Shown: piece by piece, positions 9,022 through 19,415 of the stretch | Position numbering within the stretch: position 1 is the stretch's first letter | Layout of the letters: every line of letters begins with the position of its first letter | DNA from: a phage | DNA: 64,000 bases | Strand: one strand, 5' to 3' | Sequence record: OZ335959.1 | Notes under the pieces: model-generated | Told to the model about the DNA's origin: nothing | The model's input: the letters and a program-made list of their open reading frames with translations, nothing else | Databases searched by the model: none | Translations under genes and position numbers: made by a program

Positions 9022-11199
9022 TTAGGCCGCAAGGGCCTTCATAGTTTTAGCGATTTGGGAAACTTCATCATCACTTAAAGAGTTACGATAACCGATGAAG
9101 TCGGAAACGATACGGAATTTCTTGGTAAACTCAGCAACCATTTTATCACTATTTTTTGAAGCATTATTTGATAGTACATCAAAAAGATTAGTTACTGTCC
9201 AGATGTCATGACCGATGGTACCTTTTCCACCGTTGAAATATATACCCTGCAATGAACTAACCATATTACCAAGGCGAGTATATTCTTCAGAAACTTCATC
9301 TACACTGAAGTACTTCATCATAAAATCGAGTTCAGGATACTTAATAATTTTATCAATATATCGTTTAGCTGAACTTGAATAACCTACATACTTATCATAA
9401 TCTACAGCATCAAAAGCATCTACATATAAATCACGCAGAGTTTCAAAAATACATTGGCACTGACCAAGTTCTTTTACCTTTTTCTGCAAAAGCGGACGAA
9501 TAACATAAAATTCATTAATGCCAATAAGATTAGCCATACGAGTCAAAATACTCGTAGATGGATTACAAAGCGATGTAGTGCCATCCATAGAGAAAATATC
9601 AGAACGATGCATGTATGCTACGTAACCAGTAATTTCATCTGCTTCTGATGTGAGCGTAAACAGTTCCTCTTTTTCCCAGCGCCCGTCTTTAATTTCAAAC
9701 TTAAATGCAGTAGCAGCTTTAGGACGAGGAGCTTTACTTTTAACTGCCTTCGGAATATAACTTTTAACTAAAGCTTCAATTTCTGACAAATAATGAATGT
9801 TAACTTCATCACTTTCAAACATTGCCATAATATCAGGAAGTAAATCAATCTGCGATTCTACTTCCGGATTAATAAACAGAAGACGCTCATTATGATGAAT
9901 ATTTAAGGCGTTATTAAATTCACTATCATCTAATGCATGTGCTAATCCACGGACAATATTAACACGATTTTTAATATTATCAATAACGATATTGATTTTT
10001 GTTGTATTAATACCAAACAGACGATAACTTGATGCAACGGCTGAAGTTTCATGACTTTGCTTAATGCGTTTCAGTCGAGGGTCAAGATTTACTTCATACA
10101 CAACTCCTGCATTGCATAGTTTACTATCAGGTTCAAACATGCTTTGCATCTTCTTATATGACAGATTTTTAGTCGTAAATTTGACTGAATTACTAATCAT
10201 ATAATCTCGAGCAGAATATCCCATCTTCATCAATTCACGGTATGTATGACGAGGAGATGTAGATTCTTTAAATCGTTTTACATCTTCATTGAATGCCTTC
10301 TCACTAAGCTCTTTAACACGCTCAATAATATTTTTACGAGTACGATCATCTAATGAAAGAGCTTCGCGTGATGGAGCAATATCAAGTGAACCCATTGGAA
10401 ACTTAATGTAATTCACTTCATTGCGGATGCTTAACCAGTTACGGTCTCTAATAACACCATCGATAGGATAAACAATACCACCATAGATAGCATATAATCC
10501 ACCACGATCTGGCCAGTATCTTTCTGGATTTACGCCGTAATAATCATCAAAATCCGGAAAATAATCAATTTCGCGGTCAAGACCATTAATGATAGCTAAA
10601 TCTTTGAATGGTCGCATGATATAAGAAACTTCATAAGCAAAGTTTCTAAAGTCTTTTTCTTCAACTGGAACTACAATTTCAATACCAGTTTTATCATCTG
10701 GATCCATTTCTTTTACGAATGTAGGTTTAATTTGCGGACCATCGCCATCCATGTAAGCTACATAACCACGAATTTCACCTTTATGATACGAAGTAATACT
10801 AAATGTATCAGTATAACTAAACGGAGATTTAGAACCTAAACCAAATCCACCAATGAAATCGTTAGATTCAGCCTTAGATGAACTAAAGTATGAATTATAC
10901 AACCCAGGAGAATTATCATCACCCTGAATATCAAAATCGCTCATACCCGGACCAAAATCTCGACAAACAAATCGCGGATCTAATCGTCCTGGAACTTGAA
11001 TGATAAATTTTTCAGGATTTCCATTGAGAGCATGGGCATCAATCATGTTGGTAATCAATTCACGGACTACTGCGCGAATCTTGTTTGTATACAAATCAGA
11101 TGACAGAATTTTAAATACTTTAGGAGATGCTGTGATGCTAAATGCTTTTGACTTAGAACCATTACCAAGAATTGTTTCTTTTTCAGTGGTGATAATCAT
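9022..11199 (-). CDS. rIIA: rIIA protein (GHKL ATPase-like N-terminal domain)
   Basis: 725-aa [60 protein letters not shown]...; exact T4 rIIA length. Confidence 0.93.
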   Translation of the reverse strand: MIITTEKETILGNGSKSKAFSITASPKVFKILSSDLYTNKIRAVVRELITNMIDAHALNGNPEKFIIQVPGRLDPRFVCRDFGPGMSDFDIQGDDNSPGLYNSYFSSSKAESNDFIGGFGLGSKSPFSYTDTFSITSYHKGEIRGYVAYMDGDGPQIKPTFVKEMDPDDKTGIEIVVPVEEKDFRNFAYEVSYIMRPFKDLAIINGLDREIDYFPDFDDYYGVNPERYWPDRGGLYAIYGGIVYPIDGVIRDRNWLSIRNEVNYIKFPMGSLDIAPSREALSLDDRTRKNIIERVKELSEKAFNEDVKRFKESTSPRHTYRELMKMGYSARDYMISNSVKFTTKNLSYKKMQSMFEPDSKLCNAGVVYEVNLDPRLKRIKQSHETSAVASSYRLFGINTTKINIVIDNIKNRVNIVRGLAHALDDSEFNNALNIHHNERLLFINPEVESQIDLLPDIMAMFESDEVNIHYLSEIEALVKSYIPKAVKSKAPRPKAATAFKFEIKDGRWEKEELFTLTSEADEITGYVAYMHRSDIFSMDGTTSLCNPSTSILTRMANLIGINEFYVIRPLLQKKVKELGQCQCIFETLRDLYVDAFDAVDYDKYVGYSSSAKRYIDKIIKYPELDFMMKYFSVDEVSEEYTRLGNMVSSLQGIYFNGGKGTIGHDIWTVTNLFDVLSNNASKNSDKMVAEFTKKFRIVSDFIGYRNSLSDDEVSQIAKTMKALAA

Positions 11200-11209
11200 A
11201 ATTTCCTCA

Positions 11210-11413
11210 TTAATTCATATTGCGTTTAATAACTTCAGCAACTTCTAGTAGTTCATCTTTAGTTGCGGTGTCGGATTGAATTTTATCTCTAATATCCTTA
11301 AAGCGGTTTTTAAACTCTTCGGCTTCTCCCATATCGAAAAAGCGTTGAATGATTCTATATTCTCGATGAACTGCTTTATCAAAAAGTTCTAAATTTACTT
11401 TATATGATTTCAT
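11210..11413 (-). CDS. Hypothetical protein, 67 aa (rIIA.1 position)
   Basis: Track ORF between gene 39 and rIIA with its own promoter. Confidence 0.55.
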   Translation of the reverse strand: MKSYKVNLELFDKAVHREYRIIQRFFDMGEAEEFKNRFKDIRDKIQSDTATKDELLEVAEVIKRNMN

Positions 11414-11438
11414 TTCAATATCCTCATTTGCCCAATTA

Positions 11439-11468
11439 ATTATACCACATCCTTGTGGTAAAGTAAAC
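11439..11468 (-). promoter_or_regulatory. Early promoter upstream of rIIA.1/rIIA
   Basis: Minus strand GTTTAC, 18 bp, TATAAT with TGTGG extension; -35 overlaps gene 39 stop. Confidence 0.6.
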
Positions 11469-13288
11469 TATTGGCTCATCCATTCTTTACGAAGGTCAGC
11501 ATTATCTCCCATGAGCATTTCAAAAAGCTCTTTCCAGTTCTCAGGAAGTTTAACAACATCATATACTGGGTTTTGAATCATCTCACGATATTCAGATTTT
11601 TCCAAAGAGCCAAGTCCCTTAATATAACGGATGCTATGTTTAGGTAGAGCATCTTTGGCACTCTCATATTCAGCGACTGTATAAAACCATTCTTGTTTTT
11701 TACCGACCTGAGCGATGATTACAGGAGTTTTGACGAAGCGAATTCTTCCTTGTTCAAACAGTTCTGGCCAATTGCTAAAAAATCCGAGCAGAGAAGGATA
11801 AATGCTTCCTAGACCATCATGGTCAGCATCGGTCATAATAGCAATATTATGATAATTCAAGTTTTCAGCTTTTTCACCAAGAACTAATCCAGTGATTGCG
11901 CAAATATCAAACAGTTCTTTGTTTTTAAGCATATCGGCATAAGACATACCCCAGCTATTAAGAACTTTACCACGCAATGGATAACCACCATGAAGTTCTT
12001 TATCACGAACATCAATAAGATATCCGATAGCAGAATCACCCTCAGTCAAGAAAAGAGTAGTGTCAGCGTCTTTACCGCAAAGATTCGCTTTAATATGTTT
12101 ATGAACCTTAGCTTTAGAAGCCTTTTTAGCTGCTTTAGTTTCAGCTGCTTTTTCTGCAGCCAATTTACGAGCCAAAGCAGCTTCAATAATTGGCATTAAA
12201 ATTGCTTCATTATTTAAAATAGCACGTGAAATCTTTTTAGCATCAAGCTGAATATGACTACGAATTTCACCAAATGGAGAAGTCAAACGCTCTTTAGTCT
12301 GAGAATCAAATCGCATGTTTTTCATATCACGAACAAACATAACGATAGTCAAACATTCTTTAACACGTGCTTTAGTTACATCAATTTTGAACTTGCGTTT
12401 GATTTGTGGAATAAGGTCTTCACAAATATCATCCATAACGCAGTCAATGTGATGGCCACCATTCTTAGTATGAATGTTATTAACGTATGTTAATTGACGA
12501 AAACCATCAGGTGAACGACCAACCGCAATAGAACAATTTTCTTGTTCTTGAACAATAGCATGCTCATCATATTGGCGTGCATATTTCTTAAAATTACCCT
12601 GAACCTTTTTACCATTAAAGGTAAATTGAATATCAGGATAAACTACTGCAAGTGTCTGGAGACGATCCAGTGTAATGTCAAGATAAACTTGAGACAGCTC
12701 ATTAGTTTCAAATGACATAAAATCAGGAATGAAAGTAACACGAGTTCCTTTCCATTTTCCGGGAATATCTTCCCATGATTTATTTTCCATGCCATTTGAA
12801 CAACGAACTACAATATTATTTTGACCGTCGCCAGTTTCACCGACAAACATCACAGAAAAAATGTTAGTTAAACTAGAACCAACACCGTTCATACCGCCAG
12901 TGACGCGTTCTTTATCATCGCCGAAGTTACCACCTGCTTTTGGAATAGTCCAAGCAGCAACAGGACCAGGAATTTCTTCACCAGTAGGTGTTTTAACCAT
13001 CGCTTGTGGAATACCGCGACCGTTATCTTCAACTGTTACCTGATTATTTTTAATGGTAACATTAATTTTATTTGCGAATTTAAACTTAGTACGAATACCT
13101 TCATCTACTGAGTTATCGATAATTTCATCAATAAGCTTAACAAGACCAGGTACATACTGAACACTTTCCCATTTACCAAACAGAAAGCGCTCATGCATTT
13201 CATTAGCGGAAGAGCCAATGTACATGCCGCTACGCTTTTTGATATGTTCAATATCGCTCAGAATTTTAATTTCATTCTTAATCATCAC
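11468..13288 (-). CDS. 39: DNA topoisomerase II large subunit (GyrB-like), unsplit 39+60 form
   Basis: 606-aa single ORF MMIKNEIKILSDIEHIKKRSGMYIGS... with GHKL ATPase and TOPRIM motifs; no interruption equivalent to the T4 39/60 split. Confidence 0.9.
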   Translation of the reverse strand: MMIKNEIKILSDIEHIKKRSGMYIGSSANEMHERFLFGKWESVQYVPGLVKLIDEIIDNSVDEGIRTKFKFANKINVTIKNNQVTVEDNGRGIPQAMVKTPTGEEIPGPVAAWTIPKAGGNFGDDKERVTGGMNGVGSSLTNIFSVMFVGETGDGQNNIVVRCSNGMENKSWEDIPGKWKGTRVTFIPDFMSFETNELSQVYLDITLDRLQTLAVVYPDIQFTFNGKKVQGNFKKYARQYDEHAIVQEQENCSIAVGRSPDGFRQLTYVNNIHTKNGGHHIDCVMDDICEDLIPQIKRKFKIDVTKARVKECLTIVMFVRDMKNMRFDSQTKERLTSPFGEIRSHIQLDAKKISRAILNNEAILMPIIEAALARKLAAEKAAETKAAKKASKAKVHKHIKANLCGKDADTTLFLTEGDSAIGYLIDVRDKELHGGYPLRGKVLNSWGMSYADMLKNKELFDICAITGLVLGEKAENLNYHNIAIMTDADHDGLGSIYPSLLGFFSNWPELFEQGRIRFVKTPVIIAQVGKKQEWFYTVAEYESAKDALPKHSIRYIKGLGSLEKSEYREMIQNPVYDVVKLPENWKELFEMLMGDNADLRKEWMSQ

Positions 13289-13337
13289 TTATCCTCGTTT
13301 GGTTTCGGGAATATTATACTCCGGTAATCATAAAGCT

Positions 13338-13355
13338 AAAGGCCCGAAGGCCTTT
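13338..13355 (-). promoter_or_regulatory. Intercistronic stem-loop (AGGCC-TTCG-GGCCT)
   Basis: Perfect hairpin overlapping the stop of the lipoprotein gene, upstream of a TATAAT-like element before gene 39. Confidence 0.45.
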
Positions 13356-13627
13356 TATTTAAAACGGATAGTCGAATCCTTGAAGAATAGACCAGAACAT
13401 ACGGTTCCTTCTACTTTCTGCCCGGTAGGTCCAATAGCACGAAATCCAGTATGTTGGAAATCATTTTCAGAGCAACCGAACCAGTTATATCCAGTGATTT
13501 CAATATTAGTAAAACCACTTGAAGACAAAACTTTGGTTGCATTATCAGCATCAGTACATCCTGCTAAAGACACTGCTAATACTAATGCTGCGATAGAACG
13601 ATTAATATATTTCATAATTTCACTCAA
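13355..13627 (-). CDS. Small lipoprotein, 90 aa
   Basis: Signal peptide plus lipobox: MSEIMKYINRSIAALVLAVSLAGC followed by TDAD. Confidence 0.6.
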   Translation of the reverse strand: MSEIMKYINRSIAALVLAVSLAGCTDADNATKVLSSSGFTNIEITGYNWFGCSENDFQHTGFRAIGPTGQKVEGTVCSGLFFKDSTIRFK

Positions 13628-13997
13628 ATTTAATGGCTTGAAGAAGACTAATAATTCTCAAGCGACTTCTTTCATCTTTAACCGTAAATGAAAGAGGGTC
13701 ACCAGATTTCATAGTGATAGTGCATTCAAAATCAAAATCTTCGGGAACTTCTTCGAAGAAGTCAAATTCTTCATCATATATTAGAACATTACTCTGAAAA
13801 CTGTGAAGAATTTTTCCATCATTTCCAGATGCTGTACTAATCATTGTAACGTTATTACCTTTCATATCTTCAACGATAAATTCGCTTGTAGATATTACGG
13901 CATTAATAGAACCATTCCTATAAATAGCAGAAAATAGATATTTCTTTTCTTCACCTTCACGAACACGATATTTCTTACCGATTTTAAACATAATCAC
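13620..13997 (-). CDS. Hypothetical protein, 125 aa
   Basis: Track ORF; overlapping start/stop with neighbours. Confidence 0.55.
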   Translation of the reverse strand: MIMFKIGKKYRVREGEEKKYLFSAIYRNGSINAVISTSEFIVEDMKGNNVTMISTASGNDGKILHSFQSNVLIYDEEFDFFEEVPEDFDFECTITMKSGDPLSFTVKDERSRLRIISLLQAIKFE

Positions 13998-14170
13998 CCT
14001 TTAAGTAAGTCGTAAAATCCACCATTCACATGCTTAGGAGCAGAAGGCCGACGAGTAGACAGACGATGACATTTAGGACAAACATCATTTTCTCGTTCAG
14101 AAATCTTTTTAATTTTTTCATATTCATGCCCGCAATCTTCGGATTGGCATTTATAATCATACATTGGCAT
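13994..14170 (-). CDS. Zinc-ribbon protein, 58 aa (FmdB-like CxxC...CxxC)
   Basis: Hand-translated MPMYDYKCQSEDCGHEYEKIKKISERENDVCPKCHRLSTRRPSAPKHVNGGFYDLLKG; MPxYxYxC...CPxC pattern of FmdB-type zinc ribbons. Confidence 0.55.
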   Translation of the reverse strand: MPMYDYKCQSEDCGHEYEKIKKISERENDVCPKCHRLSTRRPSAPKHVNGGFYDLLKG

Positions 14171-14172
14171 AA

Positions 14173-14592
14173 TTATTCCTTAAAGTGTGCTTTCAACATC
14201 TGATACAAGGACCATGCCTGTTCATTATTTTCAATAGTAACTTTCATGATAGGAAATTCTGTGAAATCTTCTATTTGTTCTTGCTCTTCCTGCTCTTGCT
14301 CTTCAGATGCCTGATATGGATTTTCAACTTCATCAAAGAACCCAGCTTCGTTAGTAGAGAGCCAGATAAAGTTTTCGTCAAGGATATCACCATGTGTTGC
14401 ATATCCAACTGTGCCAGTAGATGTCACAATTTTAGTAGGACGACCAAGATGGTCAACATCTAAAATTTTAAAAGGATGCATACCTAAACGACGTGCATAG
14501 ATTCCGTTATCAGTATGGTCTTTAATAAAATTTTCTTGAGCTTGTTTATTTTTAAATTGATACCATTTATTAACTTCAAATTTAATAGCCAT
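14173..14592 (-). CDS. Acidic protein, 139 aa (positional equivalent of T4 goF/comC-alpha)
   Basis: Track ORF; [10 protein letters not shown] acidic stretch; size and position similar to T4 goF. Confidence 0.5.
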   Translation of the reverse strand: MAIKFEVNKWYQFKNKQAQENFIKDHTDNGIYARRLGMHPFKILDVDHLGRPTKIVTSTGTVGYATHGDILDENFIWLSTNEAGFFDEVENPYQASEEQEQEEQEQIEDFTEFPIMKVTIENNEQAWSLYQMLKAHFKE

Positions 14593-14807
14593 TAATAAAT
14601 TTCCTTCCAGTAAGTTGTACCGTCTTCAGTGATTTCACGGAATACACCGTAAATTGGCTGTTTATCACCAACATTTTCATACACATAAACCGAAGTCAAG
14701 TGAGTAAACTTAACGGTATGTTCCTTTTGAACTACTACCAAATCTGGATCGAATAATACATCTTCAAATTCGTCATTAGTGCATTTCTGAACAGTTTTAC
14801 GTTTCAT
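14592..14807 (-). CDS. cef: Cef-like protein, 71 aa
   Basis: 71-aa ORF at the position and length of T4 cef. Confidence 0.55.
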   Translation of the reverse strand: MKRKTVQKCTNDEFEDVLFDPDLVVVQKEHTVKFTHLTSVYVYENVGDKQPIYGVFREITEDGTTYWKEIY

Positions 14808-14905
14808 TACAATTTCCTCATTAATTGAACATTGGAGCGATGCGTTTCAGAAGAGTGGCAGCACCTTTGGCAAATTTTCCATTTCATTCTCCAAGTTATT
14901 TTCTG

Positions 14906-14950
14906 TATCAGTAGTTGATATTGATATAGTACCATAATCAACTACTGATG
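14906..14950 (-). promoter_or_regulatory. Inverted repeat / promoter-like element upstream of cef
   Basis: catcagtagttgat ... atcaactactgatg 14-bp inverted repeat around a TACTAT -10-like core; A11 homopolymer nearby at 14967-14977. Confidence 0.4.
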
Positions 14951-14983
14951 TATATAGTTTTATGAAAAAAAAAAATTTAAACT

Positions 14984-15481
14984 TTATGCACAGCGGGCTT
15001 TGCTATAGTGTTTAATCCAACTTTCGGGAATGACTTTGTATGTTCCTAAAAATACAGCATTGTACAACTTAACACCATCTTCTACCCACTGATCAGTAAT
15101 GTATGCACACATAGCGCGAGTACGGTGTTTTTGAACAACCCCTTCCTCATCTTCAGTAAATTCGAATTCATAAGGAGCAACGAACTTAATAGCTTGACCG
15201 AGTTTCCACTTAAAGTCTACACCTACGTGCGAAGTATCAATCGTTTCAATTCCTTTAGCAGGAACAGCTTTCAAAAACGCAGACTCAAGAAATTTCGCAC
15301 GAACATAGCCAAACTGAGGTTTAGACTTTCCATCTTTAGGAATGATACGCACTTTTACTTCAGAATCTTCATCTTTAACGCCGTGTTTAAGCTGAATGCT
15401 TACAATTTCAACCAATTTTCCTGCTGCTTTAGAACGGGATTTATCAGATACACGAGCAATTTCACCAATATTAATAATCAT
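14984..15481 (-). CDS. MotB-like protein, 165 aa
   Basis: Position and size match T4 motB; shares a C-terminal motif with the next ORF. Confidence 0.55.
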   Translation of the reverse strand: MIINIGEIARVSDKSRSKAAGKLVEIVSIQLKHGVKDEDSEVKVRIIPKDGKSKPQFGYVRAKFLESAFLKAVPAKGIETIDTSHVGVDFKWKLGQAIKFVAPYEFEFTEDEEGVVQKHRTRAMCAYITDQWVEDGVKLYNAVFLGTYKVIPESWIKHYSKARCA

Positions 15482-15557
15482 AGTTATCTCTCACTTGTTA
15501 AAAAGATTTTATACTCCACGGGACCATTATACTCTGGTCCCAAGAGTTTGTAAACTA

Positions 15558-16100
15558 TTAATTCAAAATAGCTACCACCGCACTACGGGGTACTACACTA
15601 AAATCACCTGCATGAACAACGTTCAGAAGTTCAACACCATCTTCAATCCATTGGTCTGTTACCCAACCACAGACCGAAATAAATGGGGTCTTAATAGCTA
15701 CAGCACGAGTTAGAAGGTCAGTAGGATCGCATTCTTGGAAGAGGATAAGCTCTGCTTCAAAGACTATAGTTTTAATTACTTCATCATTATCTAAGCGTTG
15801 TGCTCGAATCACATAAGCTTTATTCTTATCATACCAATTACTTTTTGAAAAACTTTTAACCACAAACTCGCCTTCACCAAAAACACTAGTCAATGCTTTA
15901 TAACCCAAACTTAGTTCAGTAGTTTTAATTTCAGTTTCAACCAGTTTGTAGATTTTGCCAATTTCAATGGTCCGAGCAGTCATAAAGGTTTCCTTAATTT
16001 CCAGTGGTTTAACAGGGCATACATAAGTGCTTACAACATCAAAATCAATCAGTTTAGCTACCGGATTTGGAGTGTATTCAGGATTATAATTAAATTTCAT
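15558..16100 (-). CDS. MotB paralogue, 180 aa
   Basis: C-terminal CGWVTDQWIEDGVELLNVVHAGDFSVVP aligns with CAYITDQWVEDGVKLYNAVFLGTYKVIP of the 14984-15481 product. Confidence 0.55.
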   Translation of the reverse strand: MKFNYNPEYTPNPVAKLIDFDVVSTYVCPVKPLEIKETFMTARTIEIGKIYKLVETEIKTTELSLGYKALTSVFGEGEFVVKSFSKSNWYDKNKAYVIRAQRLDNDEVIKTIVFEAELILFQECDPTDLLTRAVAIKTPFISVCGWVTDQWIEDGVELLNVVHAGDFSVVPRSAVVAILN

Positions 16101-16615
16101 AATTGTCTCATTTCAATAAAATCTACAAGTTCAGCATGGGATTTACGGAACATTACTTGGTGTCCGCCAATGATAACTTCATCTTCAGGAACTTCATAAA
16201 TCGCAATGTACATTCCACGATCTTTTAAGTCTTCACGCTCTTCTCGGGTGAACCATCTCATCATATCATATTCACTAGCGAAAGCAAAATGGTATAATGC
16301 AATAAACCGCGATGGAATATACTTTTCAGACGGTGAATAATTTTTATCCCATTTAGTTTTAATAGCATTATTAGCATTTTCAACTAATAACTTATCATCG
16401 TGTGGAATAGGAATACTTTCATGGCTTTCATAATTATCGCTATGATGATGAAATGACGATGAATTAATACCACAAAATTTTAGCCAAGTTCGAGTTTTCA
16501 TAGAATCAAATCCACGATAAGGAGTTGATTGCACGCATAACTCTTGCCTAATTTTCACTATACCACTATCATCATTTAATGCGCTAAACGATGATTCAAC
16601 ACGATAAATTTTCAT
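16097..16615 (-). CDS. Hypothetical protein (about 172 aa after trimming to ATG downstream of promoter)
   Basis: Track ORF 16097-16654 includes the promoter; MKIYRVESS... start preceded by GAGGA. Confidence 0.5.
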   Translation of the reverse strand: MKIYRVESSFSALNDDSGIVKIRQELCVQSTPYRGFDSMKTRTWLKFCGINSSSFHHHSDNYESHESIPIPHDDKLLVENANNAIKTKWDKNYSPSEKYIPSRFIALYHFAFASEYDMMRWFTREEREDLKDRGMYIAIYEVPEDEVIIGGHQVMFRKSHAELVDFIEMRQL

Positions 16616-16642
16616 TTTATTATCCTCAGTAGCTATGGTGTT

Positions 16643-16672
16643 ATAATACCACAACTAACCGAGGAAGTAAAC
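16643..16672 (-). promoter_or_regulatory. Early promoter
   Basis: Minus strand GTTTAC, 18 bp, TATTAT (TGTGGTATTAT). Confidence 0.55.
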
Positions 16673-16678
16673 AACTTT

Positions 16679-17362
16679 TTATCGTTTTGTTGGAAGAGAT
16701 AGAGGATCGCACTCTTCCTCTGACGGAGCATCTTCAAGACCCATAGCATACCGCAAAGCATACTTCATCATCAGGATGTCTTTCGCACAGTCATGAATAG
16801 AATCATGCGCAACGAACCCGTCTAAAGTTCCCTTTGGAAGAGGACATGTGGTCATATCACGAACAAGCAGAAGTGCTTCAATTCTGGTGCGAATATCGCG
16901 TTGATTCCAGAATTTACAAGGTTCTAACTTAAACGTATCAAGCTCATTCTCGGAAACGCCATTAAGACGTTGAATATCACGAATGAGATCAACTAAAATA
17001 GGAAAATCAAACGACATTCCACGGCACCAGCCTTGAGATTTCCAAGGATCGATATTATGCGCATTGATGTAATCATTAAATTTTGCAATACCATCGATAG
17101 TGCTTACATCTTCATCTGATGGCGCAATATTTTTTCGAGCTTCAGGAGATTGATTTTTCCACCATTCGATAGTGCTTTTAGTAAAAAGACGATGTCCTTT
17201 TTGGCTTTTTAAATCAAACTTGATTTTAATGCCGCGTGAAACTAATTCATCAAACGTTTCAACTACTTCTGGATTAGGGTCAAAGGCAATAACAGCCAAA
17301 TCAATAACAGCTGCCTTTTCACCGCTTCCCATTGTTTCAAAATCTATAATAAAATCAAACAT
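16679..17362 (-). CDS. dexA: Exonuclease A DexA (DEDD 3'-5' exonuclease)
   Basis: 227-aa ORF MFDFIIDFETMGSGEKAAVIDLAVIAF... with Exo I D-x-E motif; T4 DexA length. Confidence 0.85.
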   Translation of the reverse strand: MFDFIIDFETMGSGEKAAVIDLAVIAFDPNPEVVETFDELVSRGIKIKFDLKSQKGHRLFTKSTIEWWKNQSPEARKNIAPSDEDVSTIDGIAKFNDYINAHNIDPWKSQGWCRGMSFDFPILVDLIRDIQRLNGVSENELDTFKLEPCKFWNQRDIRTRIEALLLVRDMTTCPLPKGTLDGFVAHDSIHDCAKDILMMKYALRYAMGLEDAPSEEECDPLSLPTKR

Positions 17363-17637
17363 TAAATTTTCCTCGCTAAATCGCGAATTTGACCTACAGT
17401 ATAATCTTGGATATAAACTTTATTGATGGGCTCATCAATAAATTTTGTCATAGATTCAATATCTTTTTGTATCTCTTCAAGACTGTATACTATCTTTAAA
17501 GCTTTTTCGCGAATAGTAACATTATCAGGTCCTGGATTTTCTTGAATGACAGCTTTAACATTTGCCATAAGAGATTTAAACTGATGCAAACTTAATTCAA
17601 TCATTAATAACCGCCTTATAAAGATGGCTAATTTCAC
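17362..17637 (-). CDS. Hypothetical protein, 91 aa
   Basis: Track ORF; stop/start overlap with dexA. Confidence 0.5.
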   Translation of the reverse strand: MKLAIFIRRLLMIELSLHQFKSLMANVKAVIQENPGPDNVTIREKALKIVYSLEEIQKDIESMTKFIDEPINKVYIQDYTVGQIRDLARKI

Positions 17638-17857
17638 CTAAAATATAATCACTGATTGTAACAGTTTTCACTTCACCACAAAAGAATTCTAACGCGATCA
17701 AATCTCGTTCAATTTCTTCCAATTGAAGCATTAACTTGCCTGATTTAATTTTTACATTTGTACGATTTTTACTATAAGCTATTTCATAAATTTCGCTCAC
17801 TTTATCTTGAAGCAGATAAAACTGATCTTTAGTTATTTCCACGAATAGCTTCCTCAA
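17597..17857 (-). CDS. Hypothetical protein, 86 aa
   Basis: Track ORF. Confidence 0.5.
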   Translation of the reverse strand: MRKLFVEITKDQFYLLQDKVSEIYEIAYSKNRTNVKIKSGKLMLQLEEIERDLIALEFFCGEVKTVTISDYILGEISHLYKAVIND

Positions 17858-18089
17858 ATTTAATCAGCAGCTTACAGACACTTTCATCTAGCGTAATTAC
17901 AGTGTCTATATTACTGTGATATGATTGTTTTTCAATTCGTTTAATTGCTAGTATAGTATCACTTATAAGATTAAGCTTATAAAGGAGCTCAGCTCCTGTT
18001 ACCATAACACTGAGGTTATCTTGCTTATCAGTATGCTTCTTTATACCATCTATTAGACGATTTAAATATTTTGAATTGATGTTAATCAT
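17829..18089 (-). CDS. Hypothetical protein, 86 aa
   Basis: Track ORF. Confidence 0.5.
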   Translation of the reverse strand: MININSKYLNRLIDGIKKHTDKQDNLSVMVTGAELLYKLNLISDTILAIKRIEKQSYHSNIDTVITLDESVCKLLIKFEEAIRGNN

Positions 18090-18095
18090 ATATCC

Positions 18096-19415
18096 TCACA
18101 CATAAAACACATCATAACGACCACGAGTGACACCAACATAAAGAAGCTGCTGAGCCAATTCAGCATCTGCATAATGAATACAAGGCGTATAGATGAAAGC
18201 ACGGTCTACAGACATGCCCTGAGCTTTATGGAATGTTGATGCAGGAAGTGCTTTCACTTTACTAAACTGTGATTTAGCATCCCAAAAATCACTCCACGGA
18301 GCTTTTCCACCTTTATTCCAATTTTTATACGTTTCTGCCGTTTTACCTAAAAATAAGTTAAACTTATACAGCTCTTCATCAGATGAAATTATTTTAATCT
18401 TTTCACGATAATATTCATCATCGCCGTAAGTTTCTACTGTTAAATCCCAATGACGAATTAGATATTCTCCAGAAACACCACGAGCTTTAACAAATGTTGA
18501 TGTATACTCTGCTTCTATAATACGAACTAATTGTCCGTTATTAAAAATAATTTCTGACACAGGCTTTCCATCAATTTTATATGTTTTAATTAATGGTTCC
18601 TGCATTACAATAATTTCACCAACGATAAAATCTTTATCAGTTTCAAAAATCTTTTTGCGAATAATGCTATTTAACTTGTCGACAGATTTATTCGTAAATG
18701 CCATTACGCGATTTTCAAACAAATCATCTAATGATTTTACGATTGAAAAATAATTTACCATAAAATCGCGTAAAGCGGTATCACCAGTAAATCCACGTAC
18801 TCCATGCCCGTCAACAACTTTATCATAAATCCACTTACCGTTGCGAACATCAGTAGCTACATCAATAATAGGAGCATTACTGCGTTTAACTTCAGTGAGT
18901 TCACACTGATAAAAATCTTTATGCGTAAAGAATGGACTGATATAAGCAGTGTTTTCTCCTGGGTCAACAGGTCTAATTTGCTTATTATCGCCTATTCCAA
19001 TTATAGTACACCACGGCGGGATAGTTGAAAGCAGAATTTTAAATAGCTTTCTATCATACATTGACACTTCGTCGCAGATTAATACTCTGCATTTAGCTAA
19101 ATCCGGTACTTCTTTTTGTTCAAAAAGAACGTTTTCTTCATATGTTACCGGGTTAATTTTGAGAATACTGTGAATAGTACTCGCTTCTTTCCCTGACAGT
19201 TTAGAAAGAATCTTTTTAGCTGCATGAGTAGGAGCTGCTAAAATAATGCCAGTTTCGCCCGTAGATATTAAGGCTTCAATGATGAACTTAGTAAGAGTAG
19301 TCTTACCAGTACCAGCAGGTCCATTAATAGTTACATGATGTTTCTTTTCTTTAATAGCCCTCATAACGATGTTAAAGGCATTTTTCTGGCCTTCGGTCAA
19401 ATCATCAAATGTCAT
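18096..19415 (-). CDS. dda: Dda DNA helicase (SF1B)
   Basis: 439-aa ORF MTFDDLTEGQKNAFNIVMRAIKEKKHHVTINGPAGTGKTT... with Walker A and SF1 motifs; T4 Dda length. Confidence 0.93.
   Translation of the reverse strand: MTFDDLTEGQKNAFNIVMRAIKEKKHHVTINGPAGTGKTTLTKFIIEALISTGETGIILAAPTHAAKKILSKLSGKEASTIHSILKINPVTYEENVLFEQKEVPDLAKCRVLICDEVSMYDRKLFKILLSTIPPWCTIIGIGDNKQIRPVDPGENTAYISPFFTHKDFYQCELTEVKRSNAPIIDVATDVRNGKWIYDKVVDGHGVRGFTGDTALRDFMVNYFSIVKSLDDLFENRVMAFTNKSVDKLNSIIRKKIFETDKDFIVGEIIVMQEPLIKTYKIDGKPVSEIIFNNGQLVRIIEAEYTSTFVKARGVSGEYLIRHWDLTVETYGDDEYYREKIKIISSDEELYKFNLFLGKTAETYKNWNKGGKAPWSDFWDAKSQFSKVKALPASTFHKAQGMSVDRAFIYTPCIHYADAELAQQLLYVGVTRGRYDVFYV

Noticed and set aside
11468-13288. Possible gene 60-type translational bypass or 39/60 split
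   Set aside because: The ORF is continuous at 606 aa with no in-frame stop or ~50-nt gap; the bypass is not needed here.
13218-13691. Plus-strand 157-aa ORF
   Set aside because: Spans the gene 39 start, the intergenic hairpin and the lipoprotein gene on the opposite strand; no RBS; incompatible with the dense minus-strand operon.
14967-14977. A11 homopolymer as a phase-variation or slippage site
   Set aside because: Sits in a non-coding A/T-rich promoter-upstream region, not inside an ORF.
15125-15713. Two plus-strand ORFs (142 and 105 aa)
   Set aside because: Antisense to the motB-like genes; AT-rich shadow frames.
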